This document shows positions 63,325 through 64,000 of a stretch of 64,000 nt of DNA, one piece after another. Position numbers and translations under genes: made by a program. Source of the stretch: Vicugna vicugna (taxonomy: Eukaryota); NCBI GenBank assembly GCA_013265495.1, contig MU058781.1:11017009-11081008 (forward strand), read 5' to 3'. Position 1 is the first letter of the stretch. Each line of letters starts with the position of its first letter. The notes beneath the pieces were generated by a model. That model ran no database searches, was not told the origin of the DNA, and was given only the letters and a program-made list of their open reading frames with translations.

Positions 63325-64000
63325 TCAGTGATTCAGTATATAATTAGTGAGCAGCTATTCTGTGCCAAGAAGTTGCAAAGTGCTGGAGGTTAAAGTAGGA
63401 AACAAGAGAAGACAAAGTCCTTGCCCTCACGGAACTTACAGTCCATCATGTGAAACTGACTGTACACAAAGAAACCACACAATAGGATAGTAATGACAAG
63501 TGCTGTGAAGAGAAGCAAATCAGAATAAGAGTAGAGGGAGGGATGGAAAACTCGTATTTAGATATGCTGCTCGTAGAAAGCCTTTCAGAGGAGATGACCT
63601 TTGAGCAAATACCAGGATAGCTGAGGGAGGAGACCATAAAATTATCCGGCTGGAGGCCATTCTAGGCTGGGAAAACAGCAAGTCCAAAAGCTCTGCAGTG
63701 GGAACTAGTTTGGTGTGTTTGCAGAATAGCAAGCAGTCCAGTCTGGTTGGAGTGGAATGGGAGGAGGGAAAAGAACAGGTGATGGATTCACAAAAGTAAC
63801 AGGAACAGATGATTTGTGTGGAGCCTCGGAGATAATAGTGAGAGCTTGGGTTTTTACCCTGAGAGACGTGGGAAGCCACCTGAATGTTTTAAACAGGAGT
63901 GACGTGATCCGACTAATATTTTAACCAGATCATTCTAGAAAGACAAGGGTACAAGCGGCTAGATTATTTACGAGGCCGTTAAAGTGCCCAGACAAGAGAT
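63325..64000 (-). mobile_element. L2 LINE remnant in an NRSN1 intron
   Basis: TGAGCAGCTATTCTGTGCCA...ACAAAGTCCTTGCCCTCACGGAACTTACAGTC...GAGATGACCTTTGAGCA...TTTTACCCTGAG. Confidence 0.85.

Noticed and set aside
1..64000. CRISPR array, operon or other novel multi-gene system
   Set aside because: There is no regularly spaced repeat-spacer array and no gene cluster. The window is explained by mammalian interspersed repeats plus the 5' end of one known gene.

Overview
This is mammalian genomic DNA, most likely a camelid, based on two vic-1-like tRNA-derived SINEs and the style of the young L1 3' UTR. The only cellular gene I recognise is the 5' part of NRSN1 (neurensin-1) on the + strand. It comprises a CpG-island promoter and inferred non-coding exon 1 (ending ~55115), an inferred 70-nt non-coding exon 2 (56873-56942), and the first coding exon (ATG 62614, donor after 62802, 63 codons). 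The rest of the gene lies beyond the window. The ~54 kb upstream is intergenic and repeat-rich. It holds a decayed class I endogenous retrovirus (LTR, tRNA-Ile-like PBS, gag-pro-pol) with a nested solo LTR and a nested young L1 that spans the 701-N assembly gap. It also holds many old L1, L2, CR1/L3, MIR, LTR and DNA-transposon relics. The most unusual items are a 290-bp poly(A)-tailed, TSD-flanked insertion of non-L1 sequence at 40355-40644, the layered ERV locus, an L1 with a deletion plus a templated inverted patch, and two uORFs with a CGG tract in the inferred NRSN1 leader. I see no evidence of a novel multi-gene system. Repeat family names come from my recall of consensus sequences, not from a database search, and boundaries without TSDs are approximate.
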